Shown: one piece after another, positions 1 through 9,078 of the stretch | Layout: the number at the start of each line of letters is the position of its first letter | Numbering within the stretch: position 1 is the stretch's first letter | Source of the DNA: Candidatus Latescibacterota bacterium | Lineage (GTDB): Bacteria; Latescibacterota; UBA2968; GCA-2709665 | NCBI GenBank assembly: GCA_963662665.2 | Contig: CAXXJS010000041.1 | Coordinates: forward strand, 1-29,649 | Direction: 5' to 3' | DNA length: 29,649 nt | Notes under the pieces: generated by a model | Told to the model about the DNA's origin: nothing | Databases searched by the model: none | Seen by the model: only the letters and a program-made list of their open reading frames with translations | Made by a program: the position numbers and the translations under genes

Positions 1-995
1 CTGGCCATAACCTCGACACCGTCGCGGGCGAGGGCGCTTCTCAATGCGGCGTCGCTGCTTCGGGAAAAGACGTCTGTGGAGTCGACCATCAGGGCGACCC
101 GCCGGTATCTCAGCTTCTCGCGAGTCAGGGAGACACCTCCGGGGATGAGCACGTCCACACTCAGACTGGTGCGAAAGATAAAGTCGCCGATGGCACTCAG
201 GCCCGAGGCCGCCGAGGTTGTGCTGAAGGCTACGACCCGATTCCTCTGCGCGACGGGAAATGCGTCTTTGGCTTCGGTGGAGAGGGCCGGACCGAGGATC
301 ACGGGTACGAAATCGCCAAAAATCAGCTTATTGAAGGCCTCAACTGCACCATGCGCCGTCCCCCGGGAGTCCTCAAAAATGAACGCGATACTTGCGCCAC
401 CGAGTCTGGATGTGCCGTTGATGTCTTCGAGAGCGAGTTCCAGGCCGTTCCGTATAGCCACCCCGTATTGGGTCTGTCTGACCGTAAGAGGCGCGACGAC
501 ACCAATCGCTATTTCCTCCGGGTGACCACCCGGCGTCAGTACGGTTGTACCAGCAACCTGTGCCGTTGCGTTTACAGTTAGTTCAACCGTGACTTCGGTG
601 CCTCGATTGATCGGGATGCTCGACCACGACCCGATCAGGACTCCGTCCCTCAGGGCTTGCGCACGAAAGTATCCACCCGTCTGTACGCCGCTGATCTCGA
701 CCCGCGCCTGTCCGCGGCCGTCCGTCGTACCGGTCCACTCGTGGATGGCCTGCCTGCCCGAGACGGACCGCGCGAACTTGACGGTTGCGCCGCTTACCGG
801 TGACTGGTCCTGCCGGAGGCGCGCTACTGCGACGGCCCGCGCCATGTTTTCGTCGACGGCCAATTTGCCCAATGGCTGTGCTATCGGCTTCTCTGCCGGG
901 ATATTCTGTGGCGTCGTAGGGGGTTCGCCACCGCAGCCCATACCAAGGCCCGCGGCGAGTGGGAGGACGAATGCGCGGCGAATTCTTCTGAACAT
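1..995 (-). CDS. Lipoprotein: N-terminal beta-rich (Ig-like) domain fused to a branched-chain amino acid (LivJ/LivK-type) ABC substrate-binding domain; runs off the left edge
   Basis: Not in the ORF track because no stop falls in the window. Manual translation: GGAGG RBS, ATG at 995, MFRRIRRAFVLPLAAGLGMG-C (lipobox-like), later PEEIAIGVVAPLT...YGVAIRNGLELALEDIN...EDSRGT...VILGPALS...IGDFIFRTS, typical of type I periplasmic binding proteins. The + ORFs 76..525 and 589..1185 are antisense shadows. Confidence 0.85.
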   Translation of the reverse strand, partial: MFRRIRRAFVLPLAAGLGMGCGGEPPTTPQNIPAEKPIAQPLGKLAVDENMARAVAVARLRQDQSPVSGATVKFARSVSGRQAIHEWTGTTDGRGQARVEISGVQTGGYFRAQALRDGVLIGSWSSIPINRGTEVTVELTVNATAQVAGTTVLTPGGHPEEIAIGVVAPLTVRQTQYGVAIRNGLELALEDINGTSRLGGASIAFIFEDSRGTAHGAVEAFNKLIFGDFVPVILGPALSTEAKDAFPVAQRNRVVAFSTTSAASGLSAIGDFIFRTSLSVDVLIPGGVSLTREKLRYRRVALMVDSTDVFSRSSDAALRSALARDGVEVMA

Positions 996-1176
996 AGTTT
1001 GCCTCCATATACGAAACGCGATTCCGATACTTCGCAGGGAACTCACAATTGACTTCCCGTCAACGGTCATCCTCCTGAAAGGGGCCAGGGCGCGCAGTAG
1101 AACCGGCGTTGATCCCCTCTCCGATGCATTGGCCCTCTTTTTTCTCAAGTTGAAACCCTTGTTGCCGGAAACAACC

Positions 1177-1205
1177 AATATATGAGAGAACCTTAGCACT
1201 TGCAA
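1177..1205 (-). promoter_or_regulatory. Putative sigma70 promoter for the lipoprotein gene
   Basis: Minus strand reads TTGCAA-17 nt-TATATT. Confidence 0.5.
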
Positions 1206-1423
1206 AGTCAATAAACAGAATTGCAAGAGTACTCCGGCCCCTGGGAGCCGCCGACAGTAAGACGAACAGCCGACAACCACGCCGCCGCCAGAGTAATCAA
1301 AGAATTCCAAAGGCAGTCAATTACAATGGCGAGACTTGACAACTGCACATTTGTTTAGTATATCTTCGATACCCGTTATGACGAATTGACGAGCTATGTA
1401 GAGCCCTGGCAAGGAGGTCCCGG

Positions 1424-1780
1424 ATGTCTGACCATGCGGTGCAGGAGACGGATGCCACCCGCGGATCCACAATGAAGTGCCTGAGCGAAGACTTTCGCCG
1501 GGTTGTGGAACGGATACAAACCGAGTTTCGTGGCGACGCCTTGCGCGCGATGGACAAGGGGTGTTTGGCAACTGTCGACGCGGCCGAGCGCACCGTCGAC
1601 ACGCTGGCCCTTGAATTGCGGCGAGGTGCGGGAAATCGAAATGCATGGCGTGGGGCGCTTGTAGACTATGAGTCGGCCTGGCTGGAAGTCATCCGAAACC
1701 CGCGATGTACTGCCAGGACGAATACGTACTTGCAACGCGTGAAATCCCCCTTGAATGGAGATTCCGGATCTTCGCAATGA
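1424..1780 (+). CDS. Hypothetical protein (118 aa, probably helical)
   Basis: Strong AGGAGG RBS before the ATG; TTGACA at 1336-1341 upstream; fills the gap between flanking genes; no recognisable family. Confidence 0.6.
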   Translation: MSDHAVQETDATRGSTMKCLSEDFRRVVERIQTEFRGDALRAMDKGCLATVDAAERTVDTLALELRRGAGNRNAWRGALVDYESAWLEVIRNPRCTARTNTYLQRVKSPLNGDSGSSQ

Positions 1781-1900
1781 CGTAATCCTGGTTAAAGAAA
1801 CCGATGGAGAAGAATAGGTTCCCGCGAAGCTGGAGGATCACGAATAGACGGATTTTCAGGGTAAAATCCACATTCGGGTTATTGTACAGCCGATTCGTAC

Positions 1901-2911
1901 TCAGGATAGGTCCACAATATCTCCGAAATACCTGCCCGTTTCTGCAATTGTCACGGGTACGCCTGTGTGCGTTTCAACGTCCTGAATCAGTTTCAGTACG
2001 GGTTCTGTGAGCCCCTCACGAGCGCGGGCACCTTTCACGTCCGGGTCAAGGTGGTCGCAGAAAGTCAGGGCAATCTGTGTGGGGCCATTGAGCATCACCG
2101 CCTCATCCAGGTGCCGCCACGAGATCCGATGAGCCTTTCTGCGGCGTCGCCCGGTAGTGACACCGTATTCGACGATTCCGCGCTGGTTCTGGTCACCCTC
2201 AGACATTTCAAACGGCAGCGGACCCGCGCCCACGCGACTCGGTACGGCTTTGACAACCAGGATGACTTCCTTTATAAACTGCCAGTTCAGCCCTGCATCG
2301 TCCGCTGCGGCAACCGCGGTACAATTGTCGGAAGTACAGTAGGGATAGTCGGTGGTCAGTGCAAGAGACAAATGGGTGCCCTGGCTTGATTCGATAACAA
2401 CGGCACGTCCCTTCGCGCAGGCCGTGTTGATTTCCCGCGGTACATCAGTAAGATAATCCTGAAGCTCCGGGATATCACGGGCCTGCGCTGCGCGGCGCAG
2501 GACAAAGTCCGCTCTGGCGGCGCCGCTACCGCTACATACACTGCCTAGAGTGTCTGCAAGATGCCTGTCCCGGGTCTCACGCGCGCGATGTTCGGGCGTA
2601 ATCACCGGGCAGCGCAAATCCACCCCGGTACGTTCGGCGAGTTTGTAGCTGCGGATTTCACGGAGGAACAATTCAGGGTCTACCGCGACTCCGCTTCCTA
2701 TTCGAAGTTGCGTGTGCGGATGTAACCAGCCGCAGCACAGTTGATGCATCCGGATTTCAGAGCCGTCTTCAAAGTAGATGCTGTGACCGGCATTGGTGCC
2801 GGTGCCGGCACGTACACAGAAGGCGGCTTCCTGTTTGAGGGCGGAATAAGCGGCAATCTTTCCCTTGCCGGAATCGCCCCAAAGCGCGTCCACCACCAGG
2901 GTTGCGCACAC
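1901..2911 (-). CDS. purA: Adenylosuccinate synthetase family protein, short archaeal-type (336 aa)
   Basis: Motifs WGDSGKGK, NAGHS, ESSQG, YPYCTS, SRVGAGP, EYGVTTGRRRR. GTG at 2911 has a GGAGG RBS; the ORF-track start at 2998 is too long. Confidence 0.88.
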   Translation of the reverse strand: MCATLVVDALWGDSGKGKIAAYSALKQEAAFCVRAGTGTNAGHSIYFEDGSEIRMHQLCCGWLHPHTQLRIGSGVAVDPELFLREIRSYKLAERTGVDLRCPVITPEHRARETRDRHLADTLGSVCSGSGAARADFVLRRAAQARDIPELQDYLTDVPREINTACAKGRAVVIESSQGTHLSLALTTDYPYCTSDNCTAVAAADDAGLNWQFIKEVILVVKAVPSRVGAGPLPFEMSEGDQNQRGIVEYGVTTGRRRRKAHRISWRHLDEAVMLNGPTQIALTFCDHLDPDVKGARAREGLTEPVLKLIQDVETHTGVPVTIAETGRYFGDIVDLS

Positions 2912-3004
2912 GGTACACCTCCATGTCGTGAACTGTCGGTTAATTCTGCGAAAACACCTGACTTGCCAGGCTCGGCGTAACGGGAATAGTCTAACCAACG
3001 CTGT

Positions 3005-3053
3005 TTAATAAAAAAAATTTATTAATTTTATTTTTGATATATTGAATTTTTAT
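3005..3053. promoter_or_regulatory. LysR-type (T-N11-A) operator(s) in the AT-rich divergent promoter region
   Basis: TTAATAA-N7-TTATTAA dyad at 3005-3025 and a weaker ATAT-N7-TTAT at 3039-3053, between divergent purA and the LysR gene. Confidence 0.65.
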
Positions 3054-3139
3054 GATACTTTAACGAATATCGCGATGGACTCGACAGAAGCTTCCCGGGG
3101 CGGCGATACACCTCAAATGCGTCAGCGGAGCACCGACAA

Positions 3140-4069
3140 ATGGATCTGGATCGGCTCAAGGGGTTCGTGGAAACGGCGCGCGAGAAGAGCTTCACCCGTG
3201 CGGCGGAGAAATTGTTCCTGACTCAACCGGCGGTGAGTCTTCAGGTGAAGGCGCTTGAAGACGAACTAGGCGAAGACCTGTTCGAACGCCGCGGCAAGCA
3301 GATTCTATTGACCGAGGCCGGTCGGCTTCTTTTCACGCGGGCCGAGGCCATTCTGGAGATGGCCGAGCGGATCCGGCAGGATATGGCTGCCCTTGGCGAA
3401 TTGCGTACGGGTCGACTGAGTATCGGAACGAGCGATACGAACTGCGCCTACGTATTGCCTCCCGCGGTCAAGGCATTTCGACGGGCGTATCCCGGAATCG
3501 AAATCCGCCTGACCGACCGGATGTCTCCTGAGGTGGTGCGGCTGGTTTTGGAGGGGTCCGTGGATTTCGGGCTGGCCACGCTGCCGGTAACCGAACACAG
3601 GGTGAGGACCCGGCCTTTTTTCATCAGAGAAGACGTAGCCATCTGCAGTCCCGGTGATCTCCTGGCTACCCCGGAAACGGTCGATCTGCATACGCTGGGC
3701 GACCGGCCGATGTTGATGCTTGAGCGGGGAAGTACAAGCAGAGGATTGATAGATCGGATGTTCGCCGAGGCGGGGCTCCGGCCGCACGTCGCGATGGAGC
3801 TGGGAAGCATTGAAGTGATCAAGCGCTTCGTTGAGATCGGCCTGGGCATTGCGATTGTGCCCGAAGTCGCGGTTCGAGACGAAGTGAGATCGCGCCGGCT
3901 GACGGCGCTTCGAGTGACGGGGCTCCCGGTCCGGCAGGTTGGGATGGTGCGCCGCGAAGGCGGACATCTTTCACGCGCGGCTGCTGCGTTTCTGAAGTTC
4001 CTGGAAATGCAACTGGAAACGATCGGGCTCCGTATACCTGAAGGAGACGGCGGTGACGTACCGGAGTAG
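3140..4069 (+). CDS. LysR-family transcriptional regulator
   Basis: N-terminal HTH (SFTRAAEKLFLTQPAVSLQVKALEDELG, LFER, LTEAG) plus substrate-binding domain; 309 aa. Confidence 0.96.
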   Translation: MDLDRLKGFVETAREKSFTRAAEKLFLTQPAVSLQVKALEDELGEDLFERRGKQILLTEAGRLLFTRAEAILEMAERIRQDMAALGELRTGRLSIGTSDTNCAYVLPPAVKAFRRAYPGIEIRLTDRMSPEVVRLVLEGSVDFGLATLPVTEHRVRTRPFFIREDVAICSPGDLLATPETVDLHTLGDRPMLMLERGSTSRGLIDRMFAEAGLRPHVAMELGSIEVIKRFVEIGLGIAIVPEVAVRDEVRSRRLTALRVTGLPVRQVGMVRREGGHLSRAAAAFLKFLEMQLETIGLRIPEGDGGDVPE

Positions 4070-4227
4070 CCTGCGAATGCCTCTGGAACAGATCGTGGAC
4101 GTTTTGGATGCAAATCGCGTACATCGACCGGTCAAACGATCGGCCATTGACCTGGATACGGGATTATTGGCCGCTGTTCGAGCGTCTGGAACGCGGCGAC
4201 GCCACGTGATCTGTTGCCAGGCCGAGC

Positions 4228-4256
4228 TTGTGTTTTTCGGGGGTTTTTTGTATCAT
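4228..4256 (+). promoter_or_regulatory. Possible sigma70 promoter upstream of the GWxTD gene
   Basis: TTGTGT-17 nt-TATCAT; weak -35. Confidence 0.3.
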
Positions 4257-4430
4257 TAGCTCGCGGCGGCGGCGGTCAATGGCGGTGGCCCCAATGTACG
4301 ATCCACAAACCGCGCGGCTTGCCGCGTTAACGTCCACGTCCGGTGTCTATGCGGGCGTACTCAATTCGGCTTGTGACGCCATTATGGACGAATCATCAGT
4401 ACATGCACGATTCCACAGGGGAGGCAGGTA

Positions 4431-6704
4431 ATGAGGCGATTGCCCCTGTTTTTTTTCTGGACGGCGTTCGCGCTGGTCGCGGCGGCACACGCGCGTGACG
4501 AAGGAAACGATGCCCGGGCCGGGGCTGAGGCGATTTACAACCAGGCGATGGCGCAGGTGGCTGAAGGGGCATCTGACCAGGCGGCCGAATTGTTTCAATC
4601 TGCCATTAACGCTTACGACAAACACGCGCCGTCATACGTGGGCCTGGGGCACATCCATCTCGAGCGGAGCGATCTGGACGCGGCGGAAGCATTGTTCCGG
4701 CAGGCACTTCGCAAGAAAAAGCGGTTTGCGCCGGCATTTAACGGCCTGGGCCTCGTCTACCGGAACCGACCCAAAGGACTTCGTCAGGCGATCGATGCGT
4801 TTAGGAACGCTCTGAGGGCGGACAAGGCCTATGTCGAAGCCCAGTACAATCTGGCAGAGACCTATCGACAGTTCGGCAGCAGCGAAACGCTCAGGGCCTA
4901 TCGCAAGGTGGTCAAAATGGACTCCGACCACCCGGATGCGTTGTTCCGGATTGGTGTGATTGAAGAAACGAAGGGCGAGTACAGGAAGGCTGAAAAGGCC
5001 TACCTGGACCAGGTTTCCGCGAATCCACACCACTACGAATCACGGTTGAGGCTGGCGGTTGTCCTGAAGCTGCAGGCTCGGACAACACAGGCGATAACCG
5101 AACTGAAAACGGTCGTCCAGAACCGGAACCCGCACCAGCGGCGGGCGGTGCTGGAACTGGCGGATATCCACCAGAGACGTCGTGATTTCGATCGGTCGGA
5201 GGCGTTGTTCGAAGCCTATATCAACCGTCTGGAACCTGAGGAGCAGCGGCTCTATTACGATTTGAGTCTTGTGAGCCGTGCCGCGGATGATTCCGGTGCC
5301 GCATCGTTGGAGGAATTGAAAGCCGCGGCCGAGGCGTTCTGGGTCTGGCAGGATCCGGCGCCGGCGTCTGCCGCCAACGAGCGGATGGTAGAGCATTTCA
5401 GGCGCGTGGCCACGGCAAGGGAGAATCACGGAAAGCACATATTCCCGTGGGACGACCGCGGGGAAGTCTACGTGCGCTTTGGGGACCCGGATCATGTCAG
5501 CCGGTCCGGCGACGTGCGGTTCGAGACCGACCCCCGGGTGCTGGCGGTGAAAGATCGCCTGATCGCGGCGGCGGGAGCGGCCGCGGCGAAGCTTATGAAG
5601 GACGAAGTAAGATCTCTGGGACAGGTGGCGCAGTCGTCCATTCTGGGTCGGCCGGTCTACCCTGTGGGAGGGATCTGGGAATACTGGATATATACCAACG
5701 TGGGTCAGGGAATCGAAATGACCTTTGTGCAGCCGAATTTTCCCGGTCCGTACGAGTTCGCGAGAACGCCTTTGGGCACCGGGCGAATCACAAGAATCTG
5801 GCAAAGAATGAACCCGAAAACCGTGATGCTCAATCAGGCGGCCCGACAGCCGACCGCCTATCGTCCGACATTTGCCACGGGACCGTTGGACTTTTTTTTC
5901 TATACGGCCTCATTTCGCGGCGACAACGACAGTACGGCGATGGAGGTCTATTATGGGATTCCAACTCGTGATTTAACTTTTCGTGACGGCGACCTCGGAC
6001 GGTTGGCGCACCTTGTCCGGGGCGTCGCGGTCTACAGCGACGAGAATAAACCGGTGTACCGAACCGACGATGAGATGTTCCTGAGTGCTTCGGGTGCGGT
6101 GGACACGTCGGCCGGGGCGTTCATTCCCGCGATAGATCGCGTCGTGTTGTCTCCTGGCACCTACCGGGTGGATGTGCAGGTGATGGACCGTAATTCAGGC
6201 AGGACTCAAATTTACAGGGAAGATCGTATCCTGAAGGCGTATCCGGCGGCGGCACTGATGTTGAGCGAGGTGGAAATGGGCGCCCGGATCGACGTGGCGG
6301 ATCGGGGGCGATTTGTAAAGGGCGACATCGAAGTGATCCCTATGGCGTCCAAAGCGTACCGCCCTGGTGAGCCGGTGTTTATCTATTACGAAATCTATAA
6401 CCTCGCGCGTGACGAATTCGGTGCCACGAGATATCGTATTTCATACCAGATACGGTCCTTGCGCCGGACAGACGTTGGTGCGCGGGTTCTGAGCGGCCTG
6501 GGACGATTGATCGGGAAACGCGAAGAGGGCAACGTCATCAGCATCGAATACGATCACGTCGGAACCCTTTCGGACGAACGGGCGTACCTGGAACTGGATA
6601 TGGCAGCAACCGTACCAGGAAGGCAATTGTTGAGAATCACGGTTACCGACGAAAATAGCGGGCAGACGGGCACGGCGGCCATAAATTTCGATATTCGACA
6701 GTAG
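4431..6704 (+). CDS. Secreted TPR-repeat, GWxTD-domain protein
   Basis: GGAGG RBS; signal peptide ending AHA; several TPRs; FWVWQDP..NERMVEHFRRV..PWDDRGEVYVRFGDPD matches the GWxTD domain core; beta-rich C-terminus. Confidence 0.85.
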   Translation: MRRLPLFFFWTAFALVAAAHARDEGNDARAGAEAIYNQAMAQVAEGASDQAAELFQSAINAYDKHAPSYVGLGHIHLERSDLDAAEALFRQALRKKKRFAPAFNGLGLVYRNRPKGLRQAIDAFRNALRADKAYVEAQYNLAETYRQFGSSETLRAYRKVVKMDSDHPDALFRIGVIEETKGEYRKAEKAYLDQVSANPHHYESRLRLAVVLKLQARTTQAITELKTVVQNRNPHQRRAVLELADIHQRRRDFDRSEALFEAYINRLEPEEQRLYYDLSLVSRAADDSGAASLEELKAAAEAFWVWQDPAPASAANERMVEHFRRVATARENHGKHIFPWDDRGEVYVRFGDPDHVSRSGDVRFETDPRVLAVKDRLIAAAGAAAAKLMKDEVRSLGQVAQSSILGRPVYPVGGIWEYWIYTNVGQGIEMTFVQPNFPGPYEFARTPLGTGRITRIWQRMNPKTVMLNQAARQPTAYRPTFATGPLDFFFYTASFRGDNDSTAMEVYYGIPTRDLTFRDGDLGRLAHLVRGVAVYSDENKPVYRTDDEMFLSASGAVDTSAGAFIPAIDRVVLSPGTYRVDVQVMDRNSGRTQIYREDRILKAYPAAALMLSEVEMGARIDVADRGRFVKGDIEVIPMASKAYRPGEPVFIYYEIYNLARDEFGATRYRISYQIRSLRRTDVGARVLSGLGRLIGKREEGNVISIEYDHVGTLSDERAYLELDMAATVPGRQLLRITVTDENSGQTGTAAINFDIRQ

Positions 6705-6771
6705 CTGCCGGACCCGGGTCGCAGACAAACGCCCGGGACGAACCGATCTGCGAATTCGAGGAGTATTCAAT

Positions 6772-8115
6772 ATGCGCGAATATACGGTTGCCCGGATGCG
6801 CGCAGACGCGGCGTTGATCTTTGAATCGGCCGTAGAGGCCGTTGACGCGCAGGAATGCGTGAAGCGATTCGTCAGATTGGATGGTCAGGTGCTTCGGATC
6901 GGGGGCGTAGATTACAATCTGGACGCCTTCGACCGGGTGGTGGTGGTAGGAACCGGTAAGGCGTCGCCGCGGATGGGCGTGGCGCTCGAGGCGGAACTGG
7001 GAGACCGGATCTCTAATGGCGTCATCAATACCAAGTACGAGCATGCGGAGCCGCTGGACAGGATACGCATCGTGGAATGTGGTCATCCGGTTCCCGATGA
7101 AGCGGGTGTCGAGGGTACGCGGAAGATACTGGCGGCGCTGCGGGCAGCCGACGACCGGACCCTGGTAATCTGTCTGATTTCAGGTGGGGGCTCGGCATTG
7201 ATGCCCGCGCCGTCGGAGGGCATTTCTCTACCGGAGAAACAGGCCACGACACTGTTGTTGCTTGAATGCGGCGCCAATATCGTGGAGTTGAACGCGGTCC
7301 GCAAGCATCTGTCCAGGGTGAAGGGCGGGGGCCTCGCCCGCGCGGCTTATCCGGCCACCGTCGTGTCCCTTATGCTGTCGGATGTCATCGGCGATCCGAT
7401 GGACGTGATTGCATCCGGGCCCACCGTTCCCGATACATCCACGTTCAAGGCCTGTATGGAGACTTTCCAGAAGTACGAGGTTTCGAATCGTCTGCCGGGC
7501 GCAGTGCGGAAGCGGTTTGAGGCAGGCGTATCGGGAGAGATTCCGGAAACGCCGAAATCCGGAGACGCCGTCCTGGAACGATGCCATAACGTGATTGTAG
7601 GCAGCAACGGACTGGCGGTGGCTGCCGCCGACGAAAAGGCTCGGGATCTGGGTTACAATACGCTGGTGCTGTCCACGCGGCTGGAGGGTGAGGCACGTGA
7701 GGTCGCTCACATATATTCGGCCATTGGTAAGGAAATTCTCGCATCCGGGGCGCCCTTAGCCGTTCCCGCCTGCGTAATAGCCGGCGGGGAGACAACGGTA
7801 ACTGTTCGAGGAAACGGTAAGGGCGGGCGCAACCAGGAACTGGTGCTTGCCGGCGCCATGCATCTGGCCGGATGGGGCGGAACAGTACTGTTCAGCGGCG
7901 GGACGGATGGAACCGACGGTCCCACGGACGCGGCGGGGGCGATTGCGGATGCCAGGACGATTTCGCGTGCGGAATCGGCAGGGCTATCTGCGATCGGTTC
8001 GCTGAAGAACAACGATGCGTACCACTTTTTCAAACCCCTGGGCGATCTGGTGATGACGGGTCCCACGGGAACCAACGTCGCGGACGTGGCGTTCGTTATG
8101 GTAGGGGCGACGTAG
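6772..8115 (+). CDS. Glycerate 2-kinase (MOFRL / GckA-TtuD family)
   Basis: GTGKAS, GHPVPD, LISGGGSAL, RKHLSRVKGG, SDVIGD, IASGPT, GGETTV, GGRNQE, GTDGTDG, TGPTGTNVAD; GAGGAG RBS. Confidence 0.93.
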   Translation: MREYTVARMRADAALIFESAVEAVDAQECVKRFVRLDGQVLRIGGVDYNLDAFDRVVVVGTGKASPRMGVALEAELGDRISNGVINTKYEHAEPLDRIRIVECGHPVPDEAGVEGTRKILAALRAADDRTLVICLISGGGSALMPAPSEGISLPEKQATTLLLLECGANIVELNAVRKHLSRVKGGGLARAAYPATVVSLMLSDVIGDPMDVIASGPTVPDTSTFKACMETFQKYEVSNRLPGAVRKRFEAGVSGEIPETPKSGDAVLERCHNVIVGSNGLAVAAADEKARDLGYNTLVLSTRLEGEAREVAHIYSAIGKEILASGAPLAVPACVIAGGETTVTVRGNGKGGRNQELVLAGAMHLAGWGGTVLFSGGTDGTDGPTDAAGAIADARTISRAESAGLSAIGSLKNNDAYHFFKPLGDLVMTGPTGTNVADVAFVMVGAT

Positions 8116-8190
8116 GCGGTTGAAACGCCATCGGGCGGCGTCCGGATTGCGAAGCGTGAGGGCTCTGGTTTAATTTACTCTTAACTGGCT

Positions 8191-9078
8191 TCAGGTCTCC
8201 GTATTGACAATGGCGACGCCGATTCCGACCATCAGGACGCTGATGAGAAGTGTCGCCGAGATTTCCTCTCCCAGCAGCAGGTTGCTGCACACGACGCCAA
8301 CGACGGGTGTAACGAATCCGAACACCCCAAGGCGACTGGCTCTGTAGCGTCGCAGGAGCGTTACAGATACCAGAAAGCAGAACCCGGCAACTACGAGACC
8401 CTGGTAGAAAATCGCACCGACGATACCCGGTCGGATGAAGGCGGTATTCAGGTCCTCCAGCAGGGCACTCAGCAGAATGAACACCGGCAGGCTAAGCGCA
8501 GCCTGCCATAACAGTAGACGGGCGGGATGGATGTATTGGGTGAGTTTCTTGGTATAAACCTGCCGGGCTCCAAGCAGCAGACCGCTCGTCAGAACCATCA
8601 CGTCTCCCGGCAGATAGCCGAGGTTTCCACCGGTCAGGCTATCGACAAACACGAGCACGACACCCGTAAACGAGAGGGTCATTCCAACGATCTTCAGGCC
8701 GCTTAGCCGGTCTCCGGGCATGAACAGATGAGCGAAGACGGCTGTAAAAAACGGGTACGTGGATATAAAGACGGTAGACCGGCCGGCCGTCGTGAAATTC
8801 GTGCCGGCATTGAGCAGATAGATTTGCGCGACAAATAGCAGAACGAGCTGAAACAGACCTCGTCTTTCGCCGTATCCGGGCCGGAGCGGGACGCCGGAGA
8901 AGAAAGCCCACGGTATTACAGCCAGCCCGCCCAGAAGAAAACGGGCGGCCGCCAGCGCCAGTGGAGGCAGGCCGTCCAGAGCGATTTTAATGGCGATGGA
9001 GTTGCCGCCCCACAGGATGGCGGTAAGCAGGGCGAGGCTGCCGGCCTGAAGGGTCAGGCGTTCGTTGAGCACGGTCAC
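8191..9078 (-). CDS. DMT/EamA-family transporter
   Basis: Two EamA repeats with about 10 hydrophobic segments. The GTG at 9078 overlaps the upstream stop (GTGA). The extra N-terminus in the ORF track overlaps the neighbouring gene. Confidence 0.9.
   Translation of the reverse strand: MTVLNERLTLQAGSLALLTAILWGGNSIAIKIALDGLPPLALAAARFLLGGLAVIPWAFFSGVPLRPGYGERRGLFQLVLLFVAQIYLLNAGTNFTTAGRSTVFISTYPFFTAVFAHLFMPGDRLSGLKIVGMTLSFTGVVLVFVDSLTGGNLGYLPGDVMVLTSGLLLGARQVYTKKLTQYIHPARLLLWQAALSLPVFILLSALLEDLNTAFIRPGIVGAIFYQGLVVAGFCFLVSVTLLRRYRASRLGVFGFVTPVVGVVCSNLLLGEEISATLLISVLMVGIGVAIVNTET

Noticed and set aside
1073-1122. Glycine riboswitch (GGAGAG...CTTTCAGG on the minus strand)
   Set aside because: The central CCGAAG element is absent, and the two motifs simply pair with each other as a hairpin.
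1245-1292. Short GCCGCCGACA-like repeats as a CRISPR or iteron array
   Set aside because: Too short, degenerate and irregular; no cas genes or regular repeat-spacer array seen anywhere in the window.
1901-2911. PurZ (2-aminoadenine Z-genome) enzyme
   Set aside because: The catalytic Asp is retained (GD-SGKG) where PurZ has Ser, and there are no phage, dATPase or MazZ-like neighbours.
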